Positions 6,806 to 14,887 of a stretch of DNA of 46,161 bases are shown one piece after another. The first letter of the stretch is position 1. Every line of letters starts with the position of its first letter. The stretch comes from a virus: IMG/VR virus record IMGVR_UViG_3300048908_000317. One strand, written 5' to 3'. Made by a program: the position numbers and the translations under genes. The notes under the pieces were generated by a model, which was not told where the DNA came from, ran no database searches, and saw only the letters and a list, made by a program, of their open reading frames with translations.

Positions 6806-8505
6806 CCGACGACGAGCAACTCACCGAGGACGTTGCCCAGTTCCACGCCGACCCGCTCGGGTTCGTCCTGTATGCCTTCCCGTGGGGCGAGCCCGGCACC
6901 GAGCTGGAGAAATGGAAGGGCCCGCGCGCCTGGCAGCGAGAGACGCTGGAGCTGATCGGCGAGCTGATCCGGTCCGGCTTCAGCCTCGAGAATGCCATCC
7001 AGATCGCCACCGCCTCAGGGCACGGCATCGGAAAGTCAGCGCTCGTTTCGATGGCCATCATGTGGGCCATGAGCACGCGCGAGGACACGCGCGGCGTGGT
7101 GACGGCCAACACCATGAGCCAGCTGGTCACGAAGACTTGGCCCGAGCTCGCGAAGTGGCATCGGCTGTGCCTCACCCGGGACTGGTTCGAATTCACAGCC
7201 AGCGCGCTCTACTCGCGGCAGCCTGGCCACGAGAAGACCTGGCGCATCGATGCGATCGCTTGGAACCTGAAGAACACCGAGGCCTTCGCCGGCCTACACA
7301 ACGAGGGAAAGCGCATCCTCGTCGTCTTCGACGAGGCCTCGGCCATCCCTGACCCAATCTGGGAGGTGACCGAGGGCGCGCTGACGGACGCGGACACCGA
7401 GATCATCTGGCTCGCCTTCGGCAACCCGACCCGCAACACCGGGCGCTTCTTCGAGGCGTTCGGCCGGCTGAGGCACCGCTGGAAGACGCGGCAGATCGAC
7501 AGTCGGACGGTGGAGGGCACGAACGCGAAGCAGATCGCGAAGTGGCTCGCCGACTACGGCGAGATCAGCGACTGGTTCAAGGTGCGCGTGCGCGGCATCT
7601 TCCCGAACGCCTCCAGCCTGCAGTTCATCGCGCGCGACATCGTCGATCGCGCCATGGGCCGGGTAGCCAACACCACGAGCTGGGCGCGCCGCGTGGCCGC
7701 CGTGGGCGTCGACGTCGCGCGCTTCGGGGATGACGAGTCGGTGATTGCGACCCGGGTGGGCCGTGACGCGAAGAGCATCCCGATGAAGCGCTTCCGCGGG
7801 CTGGACACGATGCAATTCGCGAGCCGCGTGGGCGAGCACGTCAACGAGTTGCGCCTGCTCGGTCTGAAGGTCGTCCTATTCATCGACGGCGGCGGCGTTG
7901 GCGGCGGCGTGGTCGACCGGCTGCGCCAGTTGAACTTCGATCCGATCGAAGTGCAGTTCGGCGGCAAGGCCAACGACGAGCGCAAGTACGCGAACAAGCG
8001 CGCCGAGATCTGGGGCAAGTTGAAGGAGTGGCTGCCGACGGGGCACATCCCTAGCGACGAGGCGCTGGCCGCCGACCTCACGAGCGTCGAGTACGGCTTC
8101 AACGTCCACGATCAGATCCTGCTCGAGTCGAAGAAGGCGATGAAGCTGCGTGGCCTGGCGAGCCCGGATGCGGCCGACGCCCTGGCTGTCACCTTCGCTC
8201 AGGACGTGCCGGAGTTCACCGACGTGGGGACTGGAGTCAGCGCCGGTCCGCGGCGCGAGTACGACCCGTTCGCGCTCGGCGCAGTATGCGGCGCACCGCC
8301 GAGGATTCCTAGCATGCGGGCGCAATGCTCGCTCCTACCCTCACGATCGCCGAAGAGCCGATCTCCGACATCATCGAGACGGAGCTTTGGCCGCTGCTCG
8401 TGGAGCACCGCGAGGAGCTCACCACGAACAAGCGGCTCATGGAGCTCGCGCCCGACGTGGCGCGCTACCGCGATGCCGAAGCCGCCGGCGCTGTCCTTGC
8501 CCTGA
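6802..8505 (+). CDS. terL: Terminase large subunit (3-prime ~70 codons look like read-through)
   Basis: Walker A ASGHGIGKS, Walker B ILVVFDEAS, and a C-terminal nuclease region. GTGA overlap with terS. There is no stop in frame until 8505. Confidence 0.85.
   Translation: MTDDEQLTEDVAQFHADPLGFVLYAFPWGEPGTELEKWKGPRAWQRETLELIGELIRSGFSLENAIQIATASGHGIGKSALVSMAIMWAMSTREDTRGVVTANTMSQLVTKTWPELAKWHRLCLTRDWFEFTASALYSRQPGHEKTWRIDAIAWNLKNTEAFAGLHNEGKRILVVFDEASAIPDPIWEVTEGALTDADTEIIWLAFGNPTRNTGRFFEAFGRLRHRWKTRQIDSRTVEGTNAKQIAKWLADYGEISDWFKVRVRGIFPNASSLQFIARDIVDRAMGRVANTTSWARRVAAVGVDVARFGDDESVIATRVGRDAKSIPMKRFRGLDTMQFASRVGEHVNELRLLGLKVVLFIDGGGVGGGVVDRLRQLNFDPIEVQFGGKANDERKYANKRAEIWGKLKEWLPTGHIPSDEALAADLTSVEYGFNVHDQILLESKKAMKLRGLASPDAADALAVTFAQDVPEFTDVGTGVSAGPRREYDPFALGAVCGAPPRIPSMRAQCSLLPSRSPKSRSPTSSRRSFGRCSWSTARSSPRTSGSWSSRPTWRATAMPKPPALSLP
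8284..8312 (+). promoter_or_regulatory. Conserved box GTATGCGGCGCACCG + 8-codon mini-ORF MRRTAEDS (copy C)
   Basis: 15-nt identity with 14529-14543 and 29026-29040. The ATG at 8286 opens 8 codons ending in TAG, 12 nt before the GNAT start. Confidence 0.6.
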
Positions 8506-8786
8506 TCGCACGCGAGGGTGGCCGCATCGTCGGCTACTCGGTCAACTTCGTCACGCCGCACATCCACTACATGCGGATGACGATCGCGGCCAACGACGTG
8601 CTCTACGTCGACCGCGACCACCGCGCCCGGCTGGGCCTGCGCCTGATCCGCGCCACCGAGGAAGCGGCCCGCGCACGCGGCGCCAACCTCATGGCTTGGC
8701 ACGCCAAGCCCGACACCCACCTCGAGGCGATCCTGCGACGGCGCGAGTACCGCGTGCAGGACGTCATCTTCACCCGCGAGCTCTGA
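8325..8786 (+). CDS. GNAT-family N-acetyltransferase
   Basis: 153 aa. GRIVGYSVNF...VLYVDRDHRARLGLRLIRATEEAARARGANLMAWH fits the GNAT beta4-alpha3 acetyl-CoA motif (R-x-x-G-x-x). Confidence 0.65.
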   Translation: MLAPTLTIAEEPISDIIETELWPLLVEHREELTTNKRLMELAPDVARYRDAEAAGAVLALIAREGGRIVGYSVNFVTPHIHYMRMTIAANDVLYVDRDHRARLGLRLIRATEEAARARGANLMAWHAKPDTHLEAILRRREYRVQDVIFTREL

Positions 8787-8788
8787 CC

Positions 8789-9073
8789 ATGGGCATTTCT
8801 GCGTACGTCGCCGGCGGCCTCCTCGGCGGCCTGCTCCTCGGCCAGATGACCAGCAAGCCTGGGAAGTCCCCGCAGATGCAGGCCGCGGCGCCGCCACCGC
8901 TGCCCGCGGCGCAGACGGCCAAGACGCCTGATGCCTCAGCCGTCGCACAGGGGTTGGCAGGCACCGGCCAGGCCGGCGGCACGCCGGGCGTGGCGCAGAC
9001 CTTCCTCACCGGCCCGGGCGGCATCGATCCCTCGCTGCTGCAGCTCGGGAAGACCACGCTGCTGGGGGGCTGA
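8789..9073 (+). CDS. Small membrane-anchored Pro/Ala-rich protein
   Basis: 94 aa. N-terminal ISAYVAGGLLGGLLLGQM transmembrane segment. Lies directly before the portal gene. Confidence 0.55.
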   Translation: MGISAYVAGGLLGGLLLGQMTSKPGKSPQMQAAAPPPLPAAQTAKTPDASAVAQGLAGTGQAGGTPGVAQTFLTGPGGIDPSLLQLGKTTLLGG

Positions 9074-10792
9074 GTGTCCGTCTCCCTGCCCGCCTCGGCC
9101 TACGGCCGCCTCACACGCAACGACTGCGAGAGGCGCCACCAGGACCTGAAGACCGAGCGCTCCTCGTGGATCTCGCAGTACCGCGAGATCTCGACCTATC
9201 TGCTCCCGCGCAACGGCCGCTACATCCTGCAGGATCGCAACCGCGGCGACCGGCGACACAACGCCATCTTCGACAGCACCGGCAGCGGCGCACTCGACAC
9301 GCTGGCCGCGGGCCTCATGTCCGGCATGACGAGCCCGGCCCGACCCTGGCTGCGCTTCATCACGACCGATCGCAACCTGATGAAGTCGCACGCCGTGAAG
9401 GTCTGGCTCAAGGAGTGCGCCGACGTCGTGTTGCTGATCTTCGCCAAGGGCAACACCTACCGCGCGCTGCACCAGATCTACACGGAAGAGGGCGCCTTCG
9501 GCACGGGTGCCACGCTGTGCCTGGACGACTTCAAGAGCGTGATGTGGCACTACCCACTCACCGTGGGCGAGTACACCATCGCGCAGAACTGGCGCGGCGA
9601 GGTCGACACGCTGTACCGCGAGCTCGAGAAGCCCGTGGGCTCCGTCGTGCGTGAGTTCGGGCTGGAGAACTGCTCGGACACGGTCAAGTCGCTGTACAAC
9701 CGCGGCGTCCTGGATTCCTGGGTGCCGATCGTGCACGTGATCGAACCGCGCGCCGACCGGGATCCGACGAAGCGCGACCCGAAGAACATGGCCTGGGCCT
9801 CGTGCTACTTCGAGGCCGGCACGAACCGGGACAACAAGTTCCTGCGCGAGAGCGGCTACAACGAGTTCCCCGCGTTCGTCCCGCGCTGGAACGTGATCGG
9901 CGGCGACATCTACGGCAACGGCCCGGGCATGAAGGTGCTCGGCGACATCAAGGGCCTGCAGCAGCAGCAGCTGCGCAAGGCGCATGGCATCGACCAGCTC
10001 ACGCGGCCGGCGGTCGTCCTGCCCGCCTCGATGAAGAACAGCGAGGTCGACACGCTGCCGGGTGGCGTCTCGTACATGGAAGGCCAGGCGCAGGCGCACA
10101 ACCTGTACGACGTCAGGATCGACCTGAACCACCTGACGATGTCCATCCAGGACGTTCGGCAGTTGATCCGAGAAGGCTTCTACGCCGACCTCTTCCTGAT
10201 GATCGCTAACGCCGATCCGAAGATGACGGCCACCGAGGTCGCGGCGCGGCAAGAAGAAAAGATGATGATGCTCGGCCCGGTGGTCGAGCGCAACGCCGAC
10301 GAGCTCCTCAACCCGCTCGTTCGCACGACGTTCCACCGCGCGATGGCCGCCGGCCTCCTGCCACCTCCGCCTCCGGAGATGCACGGCCAGGCCTTCGACG
10401 TCGAGTACATCAGCGTGCTCGCGCAGGCGCAGCGCGCCATCAGCACCAACTCGATCGACCGCCTCGTGGCGCAAATGTTCACGGTGGTGGCCCCGGTCAA
10501 GCCCGAGGTGCTCGATCGCTTCGATCCCGACCAGTGGGCCGAGATCTACAGCGACGCCCTCGGCGTCGACCCCAACCTGATCGTCCCCGCGCAGGCCGCG
10601 GCGCTCGTGCGCAAGCAGCGCGCGCAAGCGCAGGCCGAAGCGCAGCAGGCGCAGGTCAACAACCTGCGCGCCGACACCGCCCAGAAGCTCGCCACGGCGC
10701 CCACCGCCGGCGGCGGCAGCACGGTGCTGCAAGACCTCACGAACCAGTTTTCCGGCTACGGATCGCCGTCCCCCCTCGAGGCGGCGCAATGA
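9074..10792 (+). CDS. Portal (head-to-tail connector) protein, podovirus type
   Basis: 572 aa. The position, the size and an N-terminal region (LLPRNGRY...DSTGSGALDTLAAGLMSGMTSPARPWLRF) are typical of T7/BPP-1-type connectors. Confidence 0.8.
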   Translation: MSVSLPASAYGRLTRNDCERRHQDLKTERSSWISQYREISTYLLPRNGRYILQDRNRGDRRHNAIFDSTGSGALDTLAAGLMSGMTSPARPWLRFITTDRNLMKSHAVKVWLKECADVVLLIFAKGNTYRALHQIYTEEGAFGTGATLCLDDFKSVMWHYPLTVGEYTIAQNWRGEVDTLYRELEKPVGSVVREFGLENCSDTVKSLYNRGVLDSWVPIVHVIEPRADRDPTKRDPKNMAWASCYFEAGTNRDNKFLRESGYNEFPAFVPRWNVIGGDIYGNGPGMKVLGDIKGLQQQQLRKAHGIDQLTRPAVVLPASMKNSEVDTLPGGVSYMEGQAQAHNLYDVRIDLNHLTMSIQDVRQLIREGFYADLFLMIANADPKMTATEVAARQEEKMMMLGPVVERNADELLNPLVRTTFHRAMAAGLLPPPPPEMHGQAFDVEYISVLAQAQRAISTNSIDRLVAQMFTVVAPVKPEVLDRFDPDQWAEIYSDALGVDPNLIVPAQAAALVRKQRAQAQAEAQQAQVNNLRADTAQKLATAPTAGGGSTVLQDLTNQFSGYGSPSPLEAAQ

Positions 10793-10803
10793 AAGGCTGA
10801 CCC

Positions 10804-11547
10804 ATGAGCGCTTTCCAGCAAGACCGACACGGCCGCCTGTACGATCCCATCACGGGCTCGATCGTCGGCGCCATGGATGCGAACGGCAACGAGCAGTTCA
10901 CCGCTGCCGCGGTCGGCACGATCGCCCAGATGCTCGCGACGACCCCGGCCGCCGGCGCGATGTTCCGCACGACCGACACCTTCCAGGTGAACGGCGTCGT
11001 GAACCCGGTTGGCAACGAGTGGGTCTACGACGGCACGCAGTGGCGCCCGCGCGGCAACCAGCGGATCGTGGCGCACACGTCCATCATCACCGGGGCGCTG
11101 CAGACCGCGGAGCAGGTCATCAAGACCATCACGCTGCCGGTCGGCATCCTGTACCTGCAGCGGTTCCGCATCGACTTCGCCTTCGGCAAGACCGGGACAA
11201 CGGACGCGGCCAACCTGGCATCCCTGCGACTGGGCACGGCGGGCACGACGGCCGACGCGCAGATCGTGGCCTCCGCGGCCTCGATCCTGGTGGCCGGCAA
11301 GCGCTCGATCGGCGTCAGCATCAACTTCGAGTCGGTGAGCACGACGAGCCTGCAGCGCCGCGGCACGGCGGGCCAGTTGGACAACGGCAGCTTCATCGCG
11401 TCGTCCACGGCCACCGCCCTGCAGGCGGCGACCGCGGTGTCGAACATGCTCACCAGCGCGCTGAAGCTCTCGGTGACGATGGGCATGGCCACGGCAGCGA
11501 CCGACAGCCCGCAGGCCGGCGAGATCTTCGTCACCATCGAGCCCTGA
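10804..11547 (+). CDS. Putative virion fibre/appendage protein
   Basis: 247 aa. Its N-terminal motif GRLYDPITGSIVGAMDANGNEQ is shared with the next gene. The C-terminus is beta-rich. Confidence 0.5.
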   Translation: MSAFQQDRHGRLYDPITGSIVGAMDANGNEQFTAAAVGTIAQMLATTPAAGAMFRTTDTFQVNGVVNPVGNEWVYDGTQWRPRGNQRIVAHTSIITGALQTAEQVIKTITLPVGILYLQRFRIDFAFGKTGTTDAANLASLRLGTAGTTADAQIVASAASILVAGKRSIGVSINFESVSTTSLQRRGTAGQLDNGSFIASSTATALQAATAVSNMLTSALKLSVTMGMATAATDSPQAGEIFVTIEP

Positions 11548-11563
11548 CCCGAGGAGCCAGGTC

Positions 11564-12220
11564 GTGGGCTACCGCATCGGTAACGGGTCGAACCTCTACG
11601 ACGAGGTCACCGGCAACCTCGTCGGCTTCATCGACGAGAACGGCCGGGAGCAGCTCCTGCAGGCCTCCGTCAGCGGCGTCACGCAGCAGCAGCTCGATGA
11701 CCTCGCGGGCGTGGTCGACACGCAGGCGACGTCCATCACGTCCTTGGCTGCGACAGTGGCCGCGCAGGCCACGACGATCTCCACCCTGAACAGCACCGTC
11801 TCCGCGCAGGCGACCACGATCACCGCGCTGCAGGCGAGCGTGACATCCCTCACCAGCAGCGTGGCGTCGCTCACGAGCTCGGTGGCGGCCGTGCCCGTCC
11901 TCATCGACAACACGCTCTCCGCCGTGGTGCCTTTCACGTACCTGCTGAACGCCGTGAGCGTCGCGGGTCGCGGGCCTTCGTACACCTGGCCGGGCGGCCT
12001 CGCAGCCTTCCACGTCTCCTGTTCGTCGTGGGCCGGGGCCATCGTCACCCTGCAGAAGTCGACCGATGGCGGCGCTCACTGGACGACCCTGACCGGGCCG
12101 AAGTCCTCCTTCGGCGCGGATGGCGAGGGCGAGGTGAGCGACATCGTGACCGGGGCCCTCGTCTCCGCACTCGTCACCGGCGCGCCCGGCGCAGCCATCA
12201 CCGCATATCTGGAAGGCTGA
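11564..12220 (+). CDS. Putative coiled-coil fibre protein
   Basis: 218 aa, GTG start. N-terminal SNLYDEVTGNLVGFIDENGREQ is paralogous to the previous gene. A Ser/Thr/Ala heptad-like stretch (ATSITSLAATVAAQATTISTLNSTVSAQATTITALQASVTSLTSSV) is typical of trimeric fibres. Confidence 0.55.
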   Translation: MGYRIGNGSNLYDEVTGNLVGFIDENGREQLLQASVSGVTQQQLDDLAGVVDTQATSITSLAATVAAQATTISTLNSTVSAQATTITALQASVTSLTSSVASLTSSVAAVPVLIDNTLSAVVPFTYLLNAVSVAGRGPSYTWPGGLAAFHVSCSSWAGAIVTLQKSTDGGAHWTTLTGPKSSFGADGEGEVSDIVTGALVSALVTGAPGAAITAYLEG

Positions 12221-12224
12221 AGCC

Positions 12225-14525
12225 GTGGGATACAACACGAACGCGATCTCCGGACTGTCGACGGTCCGGCCGATCATCCTGAACGGCAACACGTCGAATT
12301 GGGACATCCAGTACCCACTCGGGACGAGCCTGCGCACTGGCGGCCGGGCCCCGTGGGGCTACAACCTCGGCATCTACCAGTACTACTCGGTCAGCGAGGC
12401 GCCGGCGTTCGCTGCGCAGATGCAATCCGAGGGCGTGACGATCGTCCGCCTCATCTTCCGGTGGTCGGGATCCCCCGCGAAGAAGGTCGGCGACAGCCGC
12501 AGCATCTGGTCGCCTCCCGGGACGTATGCGGGCGTGGCTGACCTGTGCTTCAACATGACGAACCCGAGCAACTTCGTGAAGTGGCAGGTGTTCGCGCAGG
12601 AGTTCGCGAAGCTCGGGATCTGGGTCGTGCTGGCCCTCGAGGGCGACATCCTCCAGAGCGGGACGCAGTCCACGGCATGGGACGGCTCCAGTTTCCACGC
12701 GGACTCCATCTCCCCCGACGGGGTCTACGACCGCGCGCTCACGCTCGTGCAGCCGGGCGAGACGATCCCCGGCGGCCTCGCGGATTGGGGCTTGGCCGGC
12801 GGCTACAACGTCTTCACCAGTCCGTTCCTGTTCAAGATTCAGCGCGAGCGCGCGAAGATGATCGCGCGCTGGGCGCGCTCGGTGGACTACATCTGGGCGC
12901 TCGAGGTGCTGTCCGAGCCGCTTCCCCCGTCCGGCACGATCTCCACGGCGCTGAATGGCCGCACGCTGGGTTCCGGCAGCAAGTACTACATCTACCCCAG
13001 CACGGGCAACGACGGCGTCTACGGGCCGGAGTGGACTTTCCGCGCGAACAACACGCTCGCGAACTCCTTCTTTGGCGGCTCGCCTAGCCCGGGCGCTCCG
13101 AACGGCTGCCTCTCCATCGAGGAGTACGCACGGATCATCACGGCCGACGTGCGGGCGATCGCGCCGAACATGAAGTTCATGTACGGCGGCCGGAGCGGCT
13201 ACAACCTCGACCCCGAGTGCCAGGAGACCATCACCGCGCTGTCGGATCCGACGGGCCTCGGCGGGAACCTGGTGGCGCAGAACATCGCCATGTTCACGTG
13301 GGATCGGCTCGGGAGCGGCACGAACCAGGTCGCGAAGTCGACCTCCATCGCGCTGCAGGCCGCCGTGATGAACGCGCCGTTCTTCGTGCAGCAGCTCGGC
13401 GAGCGCGTCAGCACGGACGGCTCGAAGGATCCGGGCGACCCGAACACGTACGGCCTTCGGGGCAGCATCCGCACGCTCAAGGCCTTCGGCTACGGCGGCA
13501 CGATCTGGGATCGCCGCAGCGCTAATGCGACCGGCTACGGGACGGAGTCGGCGAACAACGACGGTGACGCCGACGGCGCGGGCGGCACCTACACGATGAA
13601 CACGACGCGCCAGTCCGGCCTGGCGCAGGCCTTCGGCGAGCGGCTCGAGGCGCTGCGCACGGCGGCCCACAACGTTGCCACGGCGAACAACGGCGCGCTC
13701 TTCTACGTCAAGCCGGACCAGACGAACATCACGAAGACGGTCGTCGGCGGCATCGGCAGCGACACGCTCCTCACGATCAACCCGGTGATCGACCCGCTGG
13801 GGCTGGGGATCGTCGGCACCGCGGTGGGAACGATCACCATCGACTACTCGCAGCCCGATGGCGCCGGTGGCTCGTACCTGCCGGACAAGCAACCGGTGCT
13901 GCGCTCGGATGGTTCCGCCGGGAACTACATCACGTTCAACATGAGCTACTTCGGCTCGCCGGGGAACAACAACTCCGGGACGGGCAGCGGCGACGAGAAC
14001 ATGACCGTCATCGTCGCGGGCACCCCGAGCAACCTCGCGCAGCAGCAGACGTTCATCTGCCTCGGCAACGTGGGCACGACGGTGCGCTACCCGCAGATCG
14101 TGTCCTCGGCCAGCCACCTGATCATCGGCAAGGTGATCGGCGACACCGCGGGCGTCACGCTCAACGCGCTGAACACGTCCACGAGCACTGGGAAGGTGCC
14201 CATCGTCGCCTCGCTCCGGAAGTCCGGCAACCATCCGTCGACGGCCGTCACGATGTGGGTGAACGGCATCGACGACACCGCGCCGGCCCCGGGCGGCATC
14301 GGCACGGGCGAGAACGTCTCAGGCACCGGCAACACGCTGACCGGGCAGACTGTGAGCACGATCGCCACCCTCGCGCGCCTGCGCATCTTCGGCACGAGCA
14401 ACACGGGCGACTACAAGGGAACGATCGCCGGCTGGTTCATCTGTCGCAACGCGCTGTCCGACGAGGACGTCCGCGTCATCGGCCGCTTCTTCGCTGCGCT
14501 CATGGCCGGTCCGTACAAGGCCTGA
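12225..14525 (+). CDS. Glycoside hydrolase (clan GH-A / GH5-like TIM barrel) with C-terminal LamG/ConA-like domain
   Basis: 766 aa. GVTIVRLIFRW, ALEVLSEPLPP (position of the NEP acid/base motif) and FFVQQLGERV (candidate nucleophile). The C-terminus LRIFGTSNTGDYKGTIAGWFICRNALSDEDV is LamG-like. Confidence 0.55.
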   Translation: MGYNTNAISGLSTVRPIILNGNTSNWDIQYPLGTSLRTGGRAPWGYNLGIYQYYSVSEAPAFAAQMQSEGVTIVRLIFRWSGSPAKKVGDSRSIWSPPGTYAGVADLCFNMTNPSNFVKWQVFAQEFAKLGIWVVLALEGDILQSGTQSTAWDGSSFHADSISPDGVYDRALTLVQPGETIPGGLADWGLAGGYNVFTSPFLFKIQRERAKMIARWARSVDYIWALEVLSEPLPPSGTISTALNGRTLGSGSKYYIYPSTGNDGVYGPEWTFRANNTLANSFFGGSPSPGAPNGCLSIEEYARIITADVRAIAPNMKFMYGGRSGYNLDPECQETITALSDPTGLGGNLVAQNIAMFTWDRLGSGTNQVAKSTSIALQAAVMNAPFFVQQLGERVSTDGSKDPGDPNTYGLRGSIRTLKAFGYGGTIWDRRSANATGYGTESANNDGDADGAGGTYTMNTTRQSGLAQAFGERLEALRTAAHNVATANNGALFYVKPDQTNITKTVVGGIGSDTLLTINPVIDPLGLGIVGTAVGTITIDYSQPDGAGGSYLPDKQPVLRSDGSAGNYITFNMSYFGSPGNNNSGTGSGDENMTVIVAGTPSNLAQQQTFICLGNVGTTVRYPQIVSSASHLIIGKVIGDTAGVTLNALNTSTSTGKVPIVASLRKSGNHPSTAVTMWVNGIDDTAPAPGGIGTGENVSGTGNTLTGQTVSTIATLARLRIFGTSNTGDYKGTIAGWFICRNALSDEDVRVIGRFFAALMAGPYKA

Positions 14526-14526
14526 A

Positions 14527-14556
14527 GGTATGCGGCGCACCGGGACTCGCTTCTAG
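14527..14556 (+). promoter_or_regulatory. Conserved box GGTATGCGGCGCACCGG + 8-codon mini-ORF MRRTGTRF (copy A)
   Basis: Begins 1 nt after the stop of the 766-aa gene. The mini-ORF ends in TAG, 10 nt before the next gene's GTG. A GGGACTC-N7-GAGTCCC hairpin lies at 14542-14562. Confidence 0.6.
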
Positions 14557-14566
14557 AGTCCCCCGC

Positions 14567-14887
14567 GTGGAACACGACCCCACCGATATAGCCCTCGACG
14601 ACGAGGCGCGTGCGCTGGCCGCCAAGAAGGCGGAGCTCGCGCGTCAGACCGCGATCGGCGACCTGAAGTGGGTCATGTCGAACAAGAGGGGTCGTCGCTT
14701 CGTCTTCGACCGCCTCGAGCAAGCCGGCGTCTTCCGACTGTCCTTCAGCCCCGACCCGTACGTGACTGCCTTCAACGAGGGCAAGCGCAACGACGGACTC
14801 AGGCTCTTGGCCCAGCTTCACGACCACGCCCCCGAGAGCTACGCCCTCATGCTGAGCGACCACCATGCCCGATCAAGCGACAACTGA
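14567..14887 (+). CDS. Bbp19-like conserved phage protein
   Basis: 106 aa, GTG start. KRGRRFVFDRLEQAGVFRLSFSPDPYVTAFNEGKRNDGLRLL resembles the Bbp19 family found upstream of scaffold genes in BPP-1-like podophages (from memory, not searched). Confidence 0.5.
   Translation: MEHDPTDIALDDEARALAAKKAELARQTAIGDLKWVMSNKRGRRFVFDRLEQAGVFRLSFSPDPYVTAFNEGKRNDGLRLLAQLHDHAPESYALMLSDHHARSSDN

Noticed and set aside
12198-14234. 678-aa minus-strand ORF opposite the glycosidase gene. The same applies to 8936-10789 (617 aa) opposite the portal and 2350-3858 (502 aa) opposite the helicase/RuvC genes.
   Set aside because: Same reasoning: low-complexity Arg/Ala/Gly/Val composition, no RBS context, and opposite well-supported genes.
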